Positions 15,048-24,562 of a stretch of DNA of 26,766 bases are shown piece by piece. The DNA lies in IMG/VR virus record IMGVR_UViG_3300040856_002372, positions 1 through 26,766 of that record; one strand, written 5' to 3'. Within the stretch, counting starts at the first letter, position 1. Each line of letters begins with the position of its first letter. Both the position numbers and the translations under genes were made by a program. Source of the stretch: a virus (lineage: Duplodnaviria > Caudoviricetes). The notes beneath the pieces were generated by a model, which saw only the letters and a list, made by a program, of their open reading frames with translations, did not search any database and was not told the DNA's origin.

Positions 15048-16830
15048 AACATATTACGACACCAGACTATCTCTCCAAAAAATAACCACTATGGAATATG
15101 TCCGCGACCCCCAGTTCAAAGTCTGGGGAGTGGGCTTACAAGTTGACGACGACAAACCATACTGGGTAGGAGAAGACGAAGTCGAATCTGCGCTCGCAGA
15201 ATTTGACTGGGATAACACACACTTAGTGTGTCATAACACACCGTTTGACGGTTTTGTGCTGACCCAACACTACGGGCTTAAACCAGCGTATTACTACGAC
15301 ACTGCGGCTATGGCACGGGGGTGGTGGCCTGGAATGTCAGCATCGCTTCGAGCTACCAGCGAACGCTGTTTCCCCACCGACGAGTCGATGCGTAAAGGCG
15401 ACGAGTTAATCAACGCCAAAGGCATATACGACTTACCCCCTGACATCGAAAAGCAAATAGCTGGCTACTGCATCCAAGACGTAGCGCTTACTTACGCTAT
15501 ATTTAAACAACTATACGAAGCCTACCCGCAAAGCGAGCTGGATCTTATCGATCTAACTACCCGCATGTTTTGTGAACCTGTCTTGCAAATCGATCGGGAA
15601 CGGTTAACCACGTACCATGAATCAGAGCTCATGGCTGGCGAAGAAGCAATCAAGAACAGCGGATTGTCCAGGGAAGTGCTTGCTTCAAACCAAAAGTTTG
15701 CAGCAGCTATTGAAGAGCTGGGTATCACCGTGCCAACTAAAGTCAGCCCAAACACAGGGCTTTCTATACCAGCGTTCGGCAAGAACGACGCGGGCTGGAA
15801 GCAGCTGTGCAACATGTACCCTGAGCATCAGCACATCTGGGATGGTCGTACAGCAGTAAAATCCCGTATCAATGAGACACGCGCATCCAGGTTCCTGGCT
15901 GCAGCTCACCCCATTACTAACGAACTTCCTGCCCCTCTGCGGTATTACGCCGCTCACACAGGTCGTTTTGGAGGCACAGATAAGCTTAACCTGCAAAACC
16001 TCCCCCGTGGCAGCGAACTGCGTAAGTGCTTAATCGCACCAGAAGACAAACTTGTTTACGTGGCTGACCTTAGTAACATCGAAGCCCGCATGCTGGCATG
16101 GCTTGCCGGTGAAGACAGCTTATTAGCCCAATTTGCCAGTGGTGAAGACATTTACAGCAACTTCGCATCCACTGTCTATAACAAGCCAATCAATAAAAAC
16201 GACCACCCGACAGAGCGTTTTGTTGGCAAGACCGCTATTCTCGGTCTTGGCTATGGCATGGGCGCTGCAAAATTCCAAGCAACACTTGCGTCCGGGGCAG
16301 CAGGCCCTTCGCTTAATTTTAGCGATTCACAGGCGGCGTCAGTAGTAGGTAAATATCGTCAGACATATAGCCGTATCCCGATACTGTGGAAACGCTTAGA
16401 GAACTACTTGACCCTATCTTTGTATGAACAAACAGCGCTCCCTTACTCCGTACTTATATTCGATAGAGGGGAAATCAGGTTGCCAAATAAAATGTCGCTT
16501 AAATACAAAGACTTGCGAGTTCACAATGGACAGCTTCAGTACATTGGGCGTAATGGCATGGAAAAAACATACGGCGGAAGGCTGACAGAAAACGTCGTAC
16601 AAGCTCTGTCCCGTATTGTTATTACAGATGCTATGCTACGCCTGCAAAACAAAATACCAGATGGCACTGTTGCACTTACAGTGCATGACGAAGTGGTAAT
16701 AATTGCCCCAAGTCAAAACCCTGATGCTACAATGGAGCTTGTCATTGACACTCTGTGCAGGCCACCTCCCTGGGCACCGGATTTGCCCTTAGACGCAGAA
16801 GGGGGGTACGCACATAACTACAGTAAGTGA
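15016..16830 (+). CDS. DNA polymerase family A with 3'-5' exonuclease
   Basis: ExoI TLDFET, ExoII HNTPFD, ExoIII YCIQDV, HTGRFGG, NLQNLP, motif A ADLSNIEAR, motif B RFVGKTAILGLGYG, motif C TVHDEV. Confidence 0.96.
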   Translation: MSKTLLTLDFETYYDTRLSLQKITTMEYVRDPQFKVWGVGLQVDDDKPYWVGEDEVESALAEFDWDNTHLVCHNTPFDGFVLTQHYGLKPAYYYDTAAMARGWWPGMSASLRATSERCFPTDESMRKGDELINAKGIYDLPPDIEKQIAGYCIQDVALTYAIFKQLYEAYPQSELDLIDLTTRMFCEPVLQIDRERLTTYHESELMAGEEAIKNSGLSREVLASNQKFAAAIEELGITVPTKVSPNTGLSIPAFGKNDAGWKQLCNMYPEHQHIWDGRTAVKSRINETRASRFLAAAHPITNELPAPLRYYAAHTGRFGGTDKLNLQNLPRGSELRKCLIAPEDKLVYVADLSNIEARMLAWLAGEDSLLAQFASGEDIYSNFASTVYNKPINKNDHPTERFVGKTAILGLGYGMGAAKFQATLASGAAGPSLNFSDSQAASVVGKYRQTYSRIPILWKRLENYLTLSLYEQTALPYSVLIFDRGEIRLPNKMSLKYKDLRVHNGQLQYIGRNGMEKTYGGRLTENVVQALSRIVITDAMLRLQNKIPDGTVALTVHDEVVIIAPSQNPDATMELVIDTLCRPPPWAPDLPLDAEGGYAHNYSK

Positions 16831-16831
16831 T

Positions 16832-17017
16832 ATGTCGCGACTCGTATTGACAAGGAAAGTCAACGAAAAGATCACCATACGAAAAGATGGCGAAGAAGTT
16901 GCGACCGTGACAGTTGGCCGGATTGATCGCAATCAGGTCAGAATCGTTTTCGAAGCAGATCCAGAAGTAGAAATTACTCGCCACTCGCGAGATAAAAAAT
17001 CTGCCGATCAATATTAG
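16832..17017 (+). CDS. csrA: CsrA/RsmA-like RNA-binding translational regulator
   Basis: 61 aa; LVLTRKVNEKITI...VTVGRIDRNQVRIVFEADPEVEITR aligns with CsrA (LILTRRVGETLMI...[25 protein letters not shown]). Confidence 0.8.
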   Translation: MSRLVLTRKVNEKITIRKDGEEVATVTVGRIDRNQVRIVFEADPEVEITRHSRDKKSADQY

Positions 17018-17027
17018 CAGGACTAAT
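17013..17027. promoter_or_regulatory. Palindromic operator copy 5 (ATTAGCAGGACTAAT)
   Basis: Exact match covering the RBS (AGGA) of the primase-helicase gene. Confidence 0.75.
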
Positions 17028-17029
17028 TT

Positions 17030-19528
17030 ATGAGAGTTACATTTCTGGGGGCCTCAAACGGTCGTAATCTCAGTAAACACCACGACGGCGAAAATAACTT
17101 CACACCATATCCACACGTTAAAAAAGTCACATCATACGAACACGACATCAGCAATATCGCAGAACTCTATGACACAGTTGTAGAACATGCAGCTTTAGGC
17201 CACTGTCTCCTTAAAGGCAACCTCAAGCGCCCTCTTATAGAAGAAAGTCGAGCAGGCACAACTGACCGAGCGCAGCCAACTAATTTGCTTGTTCTTGACT
17301 TTGACGGCATATCTTTGCCTGGGCACAACTTTGCTCCTTACTGGAACATCGACAGTAAAAAGTTCAAAGACATCGCCGAAGCCCTGCTACGGTGTATGCC
17401 CAGCGAGCTGCAAAATGTAAGCTACATCGCACAAGCGTCATCCAGTATAGGGTTCAAAGACAATGCCATAAGCATGCACATATTCATGCTTTTAGATGTT
17501 CCCCTTCCTGCAAAGACAGTCAAGCTGTGGCTACAGCATATTAACTACACAAATGACTTGTTTAAAAACCAGCTTGAGCTGAGCGTAAACGGGCAGTCAT
17601 TAAAGTATCCGCTGGACATAAGCGTTGCAGATGCAAGTAAACTGATATTTATAGCACCCCCAACTTTTGCAGACCCAAGCAAAGATCCTTTTGCGTCAGC
17701 AGATGACCGAATTGTGTTAGTGGATAAGCAGAAGCCTCGGCTGCAGCTAGCTAACCTTGTTGCAAATCTCAGCCCGCAACAGGTTTATGAAAACAGCCAA
17801 ACAATAAAAAATAAGCTTCGAGAAAGCAGCGGTCTCCGCAAGATTGCAGAAAAGATCAAGGTAATGGACATCGACAAGCAGCCTCATGAAGTGCTGCTAA
17901 ATCCAGATCGCATGTCAATAGTAATTGCCGACACTACTAACTCGCCCTTTATCCGATGCAATATCAACGGCGGAGACAGCAACGCCTACTGGTTTAACCT
18001 TGAAAACCCAACGTACATGCACAACTTCAAGGGTGAGCCAATCTTCCTAATTGAGCAGGCAGACAGCGACTTCTATAAGTCAATTTTTGATCTCTTTGAT
18101 GAGGAGATGAAGAAAGAAGGAAAAGCAGATTACCCGGTCGTGTTTCGTGACTTCAACACTGACACCTATTGGAACGGGATATACAACCCAAACATCAGCG
18201 AATTTGAAACGCTTAAACCAACCTCCCGTCAGTCAATAGAAGACTTTATGCGCTCGCATGGTCGCCCAGCACCTGACTTTGTGCCAGATGCTGACATGTC
18301 GTTTGACCCGACTAACACAGGGCCTACTGTAGATCTGACTTCAGTGCCCTACCGTGTCAACACGTTCAAACGCACCATGTACATGAATAACGCAATCAAA
18401 CCAGCTGAAGCTCTGGAACTAGGCTATGTCTCAAAAATCCAAGACAAATGCCCTACTATCTATAAGCTAATGAAACACATATTAGGTGATGGGCAGCAAG
18501 AAATAGAACGCTTCTTTAATTGGCTGGCTTACATTTATCAGACGAAAGAAAAGGCAAAAACCGCATGGGTACTAAGCGGCGTCCCAGGGACCGGTAAAGG
18601 TGTCTTTGCTTACCAAGTACTTCGCCCTTTATTTAGCGAAGAACAGGCACCAGTAAAGACTCTTGAGAACCTTGAAGAGCAATTCAACTCATATCTTCAG
18701 CAAGCGCTTGTTTGCGTTGTTGATGAATTTCACATGGCAAGTAGTGCTGCTACACAGAAAGTCGCTAACAAGCTCAAAAACCAGATAACTGAACCAAGCG
18801 TTACTATCCGCAAAATGCGAAGCAATCAAATAGAAGTTCCTAACTATACAAGCTTTATTTTCTTGACCAACCACGTAGACGCAATTCGCATCGAGCCGGG
18901 TGATCGGCGTTACAACATCGCCCCCCGCCAAGAACAAAAGCTTTTGGATAAGCATCCAGAAATAGCATCGGAGTTCCCGCTCATCGCAAAAGAATTGCTT
19001 CATTTTGCTGGAGCACTAGAAACATTTAAATACAACGAGTCGTTGGTTCGCATGCCTGTGGATAACGACGCTAAACGCCTAATGAAAACAGCGTCTCTCA
19101 GTGTATTTGAAGAATTCTGCTCCAGCCTCAAAGAAGGTGCTTTGGACTGGTTTAACGACGTTCTTGATATCCGAATCACTAATGTCATGAACTCCGGTGA
19201 AATCGATGCAGCACAACGCTTTGTAAAAAGCTGGGTAGCAGATGCTCACGCAGATAGATACAGCGTCATACCTACTGACGCACTGCGTGTCGTATATAAT
19301 GTACTGACAGAAGCCAGACCCCCATTATCACCAATTGACTTTAAAAAGCGTCTAAATCGCAACAACATAGAGATAGTAAGGAAGCGGGCCGCTGACGCAG
19401 GCCGAGATGCAAATGCCATTCGAGGCGTTTATGTCAAATGGCGTACTGATGACCTATCGTTACAATCGGTCATCAAAACTTATTTTACAAATGAAGACGC
19501 TGCCCTCTTGCGAACTTCCAGTAATTAG
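17030..19528 (+). CDS. Primase-helicase (C-terminal SF3/DUF5906-like P-loop; N-terminal putative primase domain)
   Basis: SGVPGTGKG, VCVVDE, FIFLTN, DRRY; N-terminal LVLDFD...MHIF resembles AEP DxD/H motifs. Confidence 0.8.
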   Translation: MRVTFLGASNGRNLSKHHDGENNFTPYPHVKKVTSYEHDISNIAELYDTVVEHAALGHCLLKGNLKRPLIEESRAGTTDRAQPTNLLVLDFDGISLPGHNFAPYWNIDSKKFKDIAEALLRCMPSELQNVSYIAQASSSIGFKDNAISMHIFMLLDVPLPAKTVKLWLQHINYTNDLFKNQLELSVNGQSLKYPLDISVADASKLIFIAPPTFADPSKDPFASADDRIVLVDKQKPRLQLANLVANLSPQQVYENSQTIKNKLRESSGLRKIAEKIKVMDIDKQPHEVLLNPDRMSIVIADTTNSPFIRCNINGGDSNAYWFNLENPTYMHNFKGEPIFLIEQADSDFYKSIFDLFDEEMKKEGKADYPVVFRDFNTDTYWNGIYNPNISEFETLKPTSRQSIEDFMRSHGRPAPDFVPDADMSFDPTNTGPTVDLTSVPYRVNTFKRTMYMNNAIKPAEALELGYVSKIQDKCPTIYKLMKHILGDGQQEIERFFNWLAYIYQTKEKAKTAWVLSGVPGTGKGVFAYQVLRPLFSEEQAPVKTLENLEEQFNSYLQQALVCVVDEFHMASSAATQKVANKLKNQITEPSVTIRKMRSNQIEVPNYTSFIFLTNHVDAIRIEPGDRRYNIAPRQEQKLLDKHPEIASEFPLIAKELLHFAGALETFKYNESLVRMPVDNDAKRLMKTASLSVFEEFCSSLKEGALDWFNDVLDIRITNVMNSGEIDAAQRFVKSWVADAHADRYSVIPTDALRVVYNVLTEARPPLSPIDFKKRLNRNNIEIVRKRAADAGRDANAIRGVYVKWRTDDLSLQSVIKTYFTNEDAALLRTSSN

Positions 19529-19538
19529 CTACACTAAT
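19524..19538. promoter_or_regulatory. Palindromic operator copy 6 (ATTAGCTACACTAAT)
   Basis: Exact match spanning the stop at 19528 and the next start at 19537. Confidence 0.75.
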
Positions 19539-20316
19539 GTCTGACATTACGTCGGACCCCAATATGACTGTTGCACTTACGCAGGACTCTCGCCCTGACG
19601 CAGAAAAAATCACAGCTGCTCCTACCGAACTAGGGCCAATAATTGCTTGGTCTTATTCTGCTCTCAAAGTATTCGAAGAATGCCCTTATCGCTCTTATAT
19701 ACAACGTGTCAAAAAAGTACCCGAGCCAAGCAGTCCAGCCGCAGATCGTGGTACGCAAATTCACCAAGAAGCTGAAGACTACGTTAAAGGCGAACTTGGT
19801 GAATTACCCGACAGCCTCAAAAAATTTGAAGATGCTTTTGATGAACTGCGGCACTTGTACGCAGAAGCACAAGTCGAACTCGAAGGTGAATGGGGCTTTA
19901 CTAAAGAATGGGAAATATGCGGCTGGATGGAAGGTCGCACATGGGCTCGCATCAAACTCGACGCTTTAGTGCATCAAGACGAACAAAGCGCACGAGTCAT
20001 CGACTATAAAACTGGCAAAAAATTTGGCAACGAAATCAGCCATTCGCAGCAGGCCCTTCTCTATGCCATAGCAACATTTTTGCGATATCCAGATCTTGAG
20101 TTTGTCCAGACTGAGCTGTGGTACTTGGATAAAAACGAGACAACTAAACGCTCCTACACGCGAGCAGAAGCCATGGAATTCTTCCCGGCTTTTAACGCAC
20201 GCGCCGTCAAGATGACAACTGAAACGGAGTTTAATCCAACACCATCAAAAAACTCATGTCGATGGTGTTCATATCGCCAAGGTGACGACCCTCAATGCCA
20301 ATGGGGTGTTAGCTAA
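19537..20316 (+). CDS. PD-(D/E)XK exonuclease (Cas4/RecB-like, Cys cluster)
   Basis: WSYS...ECP, RGTQIH, RIKLDA, VIDYKTGK, Q..LY, C-terminal CRWC...C. Confidence 0.88.
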   Translation: MSDITSDPNMTVALTQDSRPDAEKITAAPTELGPIIAWSYSALKVFEECPYRSYIQRVKKVPEPSSPAADRGTQIHQEAEDYVKGELGELPDSLKKFEDAFDELRHLYAEAQVELEGEWGFTKEWEICGWMEGRTWARIKLDALVHQDEQSARVIDYKTGKKFGNEISHSQQALLYAIATFLRYPDLEFVQTELWYLDKNETTKRSYTRAEAMEFFPAFNARAVKMTTETEFNPTPSKNSCRWCSYRQGDDPQCQWGVS

Positions 20317-20331
20317 CAAGGGAGGTTAGCC

Positions 20332-21246
20332 ATGAAACACAAAATGTTAGCAGCTATTAGCTGCATTCTTGTACTAAGCGGATGTGCTTCTAGCTCATCT
20401 CAATACTACGAAGCAGTACAAAAAGCAGCAGAAGCTAATGCTGTAGCCTCCCAAGCAAAGTTTGAAGCTCTTTCAAAAATTGCAGCAGCGGGTGACGGTC
20501 AAGCGGCAAGTGCAGCAGTAATGGCCTTAGCTCTGACCCAAACCCCCACGGTTCAGCCAGTCCCTCAGCAATCTCAAGCTCTACAATGGGCGTCCATTCT
20601 AGCAACGCCAGTTACCAGCTTGGGCATGATGTGGATGCAGGCCGACTCCGCTAAAACCATGGCTAGGTATAACGCTGACGTAGATCTAGCCCGCATCTCT
20701 GCAGATGCCACGACTCAACAGGCAATGTATGGCTCGTTCGTCGATATGGGCCAGATCGCGGGCAACGTCGATTACACCCCATTCGTAGACGGGATGGTTG
20801 CTCTTGGCACCACCGGCATGGACAACCTCACCAATCTTGGTACTGCAGGATTTGACGCGAATACCGCTATTGCGACAGTTGGCCTAAACAGTACAACTCA
20901 ACTTGGCGTCACAGGAATGGATAACCTAACCAACCTCGGAGCCGCTGGATTCACCTCACTAGTAGATCTTGGCAATGCGGGCCTCGACGCGACTGTCACA
21001 ATGGGCACAGCTGGACTAGACACTGCCAGCACCCTTGGACTTGCGGGAATGAGCGGTATTACCGAGGTCAGCTTAGCAGGCTACGAAAACATGCTAAACA
21101 TGGACGCTGCAAACAACAACTTGTTCAGCACTGTCTGGTCTGATTACCAATCAGCAATCGCAGAAATTATGGCCAACGTACCACAGGTTTCGTGTACTTC
21201 AACAGTTAACGCAGACGGGTCCGTAAGCATTAACTGCGCTCCGTAA
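20332..21246 (+). CDS. Predicted lipoprotein with nine 11-residue Gly-rich repeats
   Basis: GGGAGG RBS; signal peptide with lipobox LSGC; xLGxxG-phi-D repeats encoded at 20800-21096. Confidence 0.8.
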   Translation: MKHKMLAAISCILVLSGCASSSSQYYEAVQKAAEANAVASQAKFEALSKIAAAGDGQAASAAVMALALTQTPTVQPVPQQSQALQWASILATPVTSLGMMWMQADSAKTMARYNADVDLARISADATTQQAMYGSFVDMGQIAGNVDYTPFVDGMVALGTTGMDNLTNLGTAGFDANTAIATVGLNSTTQLGVTGMDNLTNLGAAGFTSLVDLGNAGLDATVTMGTAGLDTASTLGLAGMSGITEVSLAGYENMLNMDAANNNLFSTVWSDYQSAIAEIMANVPQVSCTSTVNADGSVSINCAP

Positions 21247-21286
21247 GGGGGCTCCAATCCCAATGCTTCATTGGGACACTCCTATT

Positions 21287-21313
21287 GACCTCGCTTATGC
21301 GGGGTCTTTTTTT
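21287..21313 (+). terminator. Rho-independent terminator
   Basis: GACCTCGC-TTAT-GCGGGGTC followed by T7; a second hairpin TCCCAATG-CTT-CATTGGGA lies at 21258-21276. Confidence 0.85.
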
Positions 21314-21326
21314 ATGCGAGGTCGTT

Positions 21327-21509
21327 ATGAAACACATACTACAAACAATTCAATACCTGGTAGCTGCTGCAGCGTTGTTTATGCTGTTTTACTTCAGCTA
21401 CTTAATAGCCGTCAGCCTAGGCGCAGTCATGCTTCCGGTATTCGGTCTGCTTGCTGTTGTCGTTGTCTTATATGCAAAGCTTGACCATAACAAACAGGGG
21501 GACCAATGA
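21327..21509 (+). CDS. Small two-TM membrane protein
   Basis: GAGGT RBS before ATG 21327; two hydrophobic segments. Confidence 0.65.
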   Translation: MKHILQTIQYLVAAAALFMLFYFSYLIAVSLGAVMLPVFGLLAVVVVLYAKLDHNKQGDQ

Positions 21510-21510
21510 T

Positions 21511-21852
21511 TTGGCTGTCAAGACTAATAACCGCAATAGAAGTACTGCTCCTGCTAAGAGCAATACAAAGGAAAAGAGCGAAGGACACGGACTCCTCAAC
21601 AGTAAAGGACGTATCTCCGGATGTTTCTACGTGCGAGATGACGGAACCCACATCGAATTTGAACTCGCAACAGACCCGCCAGAAGCCGCCTTTTGGTCAA
21701 CATACCGACTAAAGCCAAGCCACATTAAAGTCGTAGGCAAATACGATCGTTCAGAAAAAGCGGCTCTTGCACGGGAAATATGCAATAGCATCGTGGAGCA
21801 TGAAAAACCTCCACCTAAACCAAAATCAAAGAAGGTAAGGAGACGACCATGA
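21511..21852 (+). CDS. Hypothetical protein (start uncertain)
   Basis: Frame of ORF 21451-21852; TTG at 21511 follows GGGGGA; globular-looking C-terminal half. An alternative frame (21506-21712) competes. Confidence 0.5.
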   Translation: MAVKTNNRNRSTAPAKSNTKEKSEGHGLLNSKGRISGCFYVRDDGTHIEFELATDPPEAAFWSTYRLKPSHIKVVGKYDRSEKAALAREICNSIVEHEKPPPKPKSKKVRRRP

Positions 21853-21935
21853 TGGCGATCCAGCTTATTGCCCTGCTGTACTTATTACAGGACAAAGAAT
21901 TTAACGCTCGGGTATTGAACTGTTCTGATGACTGT

Positions 21936-21950
21936 ATTAGTGTGACTAAT
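21936..21950. promoter_or_regulatory. Palindromic operator copy 7 (ATTAGTGTGACTAAT)
   Basis: Exact match, extended to GTATTAG-N5-CTAATAC; upstream of the ORF at 21974 and the helicase. Confidence 0.75.
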
Positions 21951-21973
21951 ACGTAACTGCGTCAGGAGGACAA

Positions 21974-22144
21974 ATGCGGATCAAAGTCGAGATCTCCCTC
22001 GATGACTACGAATGGGATGGCCGCACTCTCCTATTAAAACTCGTTCCTTCTGAGTACACCGAAGAAGACGAGGACCCTGACCCTGAAGAAATCATTATTG
22101 AAGAACCTGAAATCAAGCTAAAAGTTATTGGCCAAAAATCATGA
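21974..22144 (+). CDS. Small acidic hypothetical protein (56 aa)
   Basis: AGGAGGA RBS; MRIKVEISLDDYEWDGRTLLLKLVPSEYTEEDEDPDPEEIIIEEPEIKLKVIGQKS-stop. Confidence 0.65.
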   Translation: MRIKVEISLDDYEWDGRTLLLKLVPSEYTEEDEDPDPEEIIIEEPEIKLKVIGQKS

Positions 22145-22154
22145 GACATGAAAA

Positions 22155-23504
22155 ATGCAAAAACCCTTTGAGCACCAAGCAACAACAACTCAGTTCATAC
22201 TCGATAACCCCCGAGTTCTCATCACAAGCGATCCCGGCACAGGCAAAACACGTTCTGTACTCGACGCTTACGCCCAACGGCGTGAAGGTAAGCTTCTCGT
22301 CCTTGCCCCACTCAGCATCCTCGCTGCCAGTTGGGGAGACGACTGCGCCAAATTCCAACCAGGACTGAAATACGCTGTTGCATACGCACGTAATCGTGCC
22401 GAGGCATTCAAAGCAGACGTAGATATTGTCATCACAAATCATGACGCCGTTAAATGGCTAATGAAAAACAAACAGTATCTGAACGGCTTCGACACATTGT
22501 GCATCGACGAGTTTACTGCGTTCAAAAATAAAGACAGCCAACGTAGTAAAGCTGCTGCCCGCCTTGCGGAGCACTTTGAATATCGCATCGCTATGTCGGG
22601 CACCCCAAACAGCAACACAATTTTAGACATCTGGCACCCGGCGTTGCTTGTTGACGATGGTGAGCGGCTAGGCAAACGCTTCTACGGATTCCGTGGCGCT
22701 GTATGCACACCTCAATTCAATGGCTTTGCAAATGTATGGGTAGACAAGCCAGAAGCTCAAGAAATAATCGCTGCTGCTATAAAAGATATTAACGTGCGTT
22801 ACACGCTTGAAGACTGCCTAGATATGCCGGAGCAGTCAGTCAACACCATGTACGTCGACCTGCCACCTAAAATCCTGCAGCAATACAACACCCTGGCGGA
22901 AGATTCCGTGCTGTATACCGGTAAGGGCACTATCAACGCTATCCACGCAGGTGCTAAGGTCAAAAAGCTCCTACAGCTGTGTACCGGCGCTGTGTATGAT
23001 GACCATGGATCATCGCTCATGGTTCATGATGCACGATACGAGCTTGTTATGGACCTTATACAAGCACGCGACCACAGCCTGGTGGCATTCAACTGGCGTC
23101 ATGAACGCGAAAAACTAACCGAGCTTTCTCAAAAAGCCGATATCAAATACGACTTTATCGACGGCAGTACCCCCGCCAAAAAACGCAAGGACATCGTTGA
23201 CCGCATGCAAGCAGGTCAGCTCCAGGTTGTCTTTGCACATCCACAATCTGCTGGCCACGGACTCACTCTTACTCGTGCCACATCTGTTATCTGGGCATCA
23301 CCCACGTACAACGCTGAGCACTATCAGCAGTTCAACCGTCGTATCTACCGTGCTGGTCAAACTAAAAAGACCGAGGTAATACAGATCGCTGCTCGCGACA
23401 CCTGGGAACCTGATGTCTACGAAAAGCTTCAAGACAAACTTGGACGAATGGAAGACTTATTAAACGTACTAAACAAACTAAACCAACTGAGGAAAACAGC
23501 ATGA
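22155..23504 (+). CDS. SNF2-type SF2 helicase
   Basis: DPGTGKT, CIDEF, MSGTP, KLLQL, SAGHGLTLT, QFNRRIYRAGQ. Confidence 0.92.
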   Translation: MQKPFEHQATTTQFILDNPRVLITSDPGTGKTRSVLDAYAQRREGKLLVLAPLSILAASWGDDCAKFQPGLKYAVAYARNRAEAFKADVDIVITNHDAVKWLMKNKQYLNGFDTLCIDEFTAFKNKDSQRSKAAARLAEHFEYRIAMSGTPNSNTILDIWHPALLVDDGERLGKRFYGFRGAVCTPQFNGFANVWVDKPEAQEIIAAAIKDINVRYTLEDCLDMPEQSVNTMYVDLPPKILQQYNTLAEDSVLYTGKGTINAIHAGAKVKKLLQLCTGAVYDDHGSSLMVHDARYELVMDLIQARDHSLVAFNWRHEREKLTELSQKADIKYDFIDGSTPAKKRKDIVDRMQAGQLQVVFAHPQSAGHGLTLTRATSVIWASPTYNAEHYQQFNRRIYRAGQTKKTEVIQIAARDTWEPDVYEKLQDKLGRMEDLLNVLNKLNQLRKTA

Positions 23505-23866
23505 ACTTAGGTGAACTCATCGACGCACGCGTCAAAAACAAACAACAAATTGACCAGCTAAATTCAGAACTCAAAGAGCTTAACAAAGAGAAGCAAGATC
23601 TCGACTGGCAATGCATCCGTAACTTGGATGAACAAGGCTCTACAAAGGGTGGTAACTCTGCAGCAAACATTTCTGTTACCGAAGATACTGTGCCCGAAGT
23701 CTATGACTGGGAACAATTCTTCGAATGGCTCAGCGAAACCAGCAACTTTGAAGTATTACAACGTCGGCTGTCTAGTACCGCATGCAAAGAACTGTGGGCT
23801 ATGGGCGTTGACATCCCTGGAGTAAAACAGCGAGAACTTCGCAAACTATCAATCCGTTTAATCTAA
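23501..23866 (+). CDS. Conserved-looking phage replication-module protein (N-terminal coiled coil)
   Basis: ATGA overlap; VYDWEQFFEW...LQRRLS...IPGV. Confidence 0.75.
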   Translation: MNLGELIDARVKNKQQIDQLNSELKELNKEKQDLDWQCIRNLDEQGSTKGGNSAANISVTEDTVPEVYDWEQFFEWLSETSNFEVLQRRLSSTACKELWAMGVDIPGVKQRELRKLSIRLI

Positions 23867-23875
23867 CCTTGAGGT

Positions 23876-23890
23876 ATTAGCATGACTAAT
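23876..23890. promoter_or_regulatory. Palindromic operator copy 8 (ATTAGCATGACTAAT)
   Basis: Exact match centred on the start codon at 23882. Confidence 0.75.
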
Positions 23891-24556
23891 TTAGCAATCA
23901 AACTTGACGACAAAGTACCAGCACACATCAAACTGGATGGCATTGGTCGTGGCAACGAAAACGTAGGGCAAAACATTGTTGTCCCCCGGATCAAGTTGCT
24001 GCAAAAAATGTCGAACGAAGTCGACAAACACCACAAAGAGCACATTGCAGGTGCTGATGTTGGTGACTTTATCAACACTCTGACTAAACAAGTCATGTCA
24101 GAGATCTACTGCTTATCTCTTACTTTCAAAGTTGAGTGGGCCGTATGGCGCAACATGGAGGTAGGCGGCGGTTACGGTGGCAGCTTTGACAACGAGCAAG
24201 CAGCCAAAGAGTGTGTCTCCTCCCAAGAAGTTCCCGAAGAGTGGGACATCAAAGAGAACCACGCGCATCTGCTGTTGATCAAGAACCCCGAAACTGGGGA
24301 ACTTGACACCACTCCAGTCATATTCGACTTCACGGGCTCAAAGCTAGCAACATCAAGGGCTTGGAATAGCAAGATCGCGCTTCAGGGCGGAGATCGATTT
24401 GCTTCTTTGTGGAAGATTTCTTCCAAATCAGTCGAAAGCAAGAGCGGGTTCAGTTACATGAATATCGACCTTGACCTTCAAGGCTGGGCTCAGAAAGAAG
24501 ACTACGAGGTAGCAGAAGCTCTATATGAGCAGTACAACACCTCTACCTTCGCATAA
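23882..24556 (+). CDS. Putative single-stranded DNA-binding protein
   Basis: PRIKLLQKMS.EV motif, beta-rich aromatic core, replication-module context; function is inferred. Confidence 0.5.
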   Translation: MTNLAIKLDDKVPAHIKLDGIGRGNENVGQNIVVPRIKLLQKMSNEVDKHHKEHIAGADVGDFINTLTKQVMSEIYCLSLTFKVEWAVWRNMEVGGGYGGSFDNEQAAKECVSSQEVPEEWDIKENHAHLLLIKNPETGELDTTPVIFDFTGSKLATSRAWNSKIALQGGDRFASLWKISSKSVESKSGFSYMNIDLDLQGWAQKEDYEVAEALYEQYNTSTFA

Positions 24557-24562
24557 GGATGC

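Noticed and set aside
11766-19188. Minus-strand ORFs within the AAA, VWA, polymerase and primase genes
   Set aside because: Antisense to strongly supported genes, with no independent signals.
19537-20316. cas4 as part of a CRISPR-Cas system
   Set aside because: No other cas genes or array; Cas4-like exonucleases are routine in phage replication modules.
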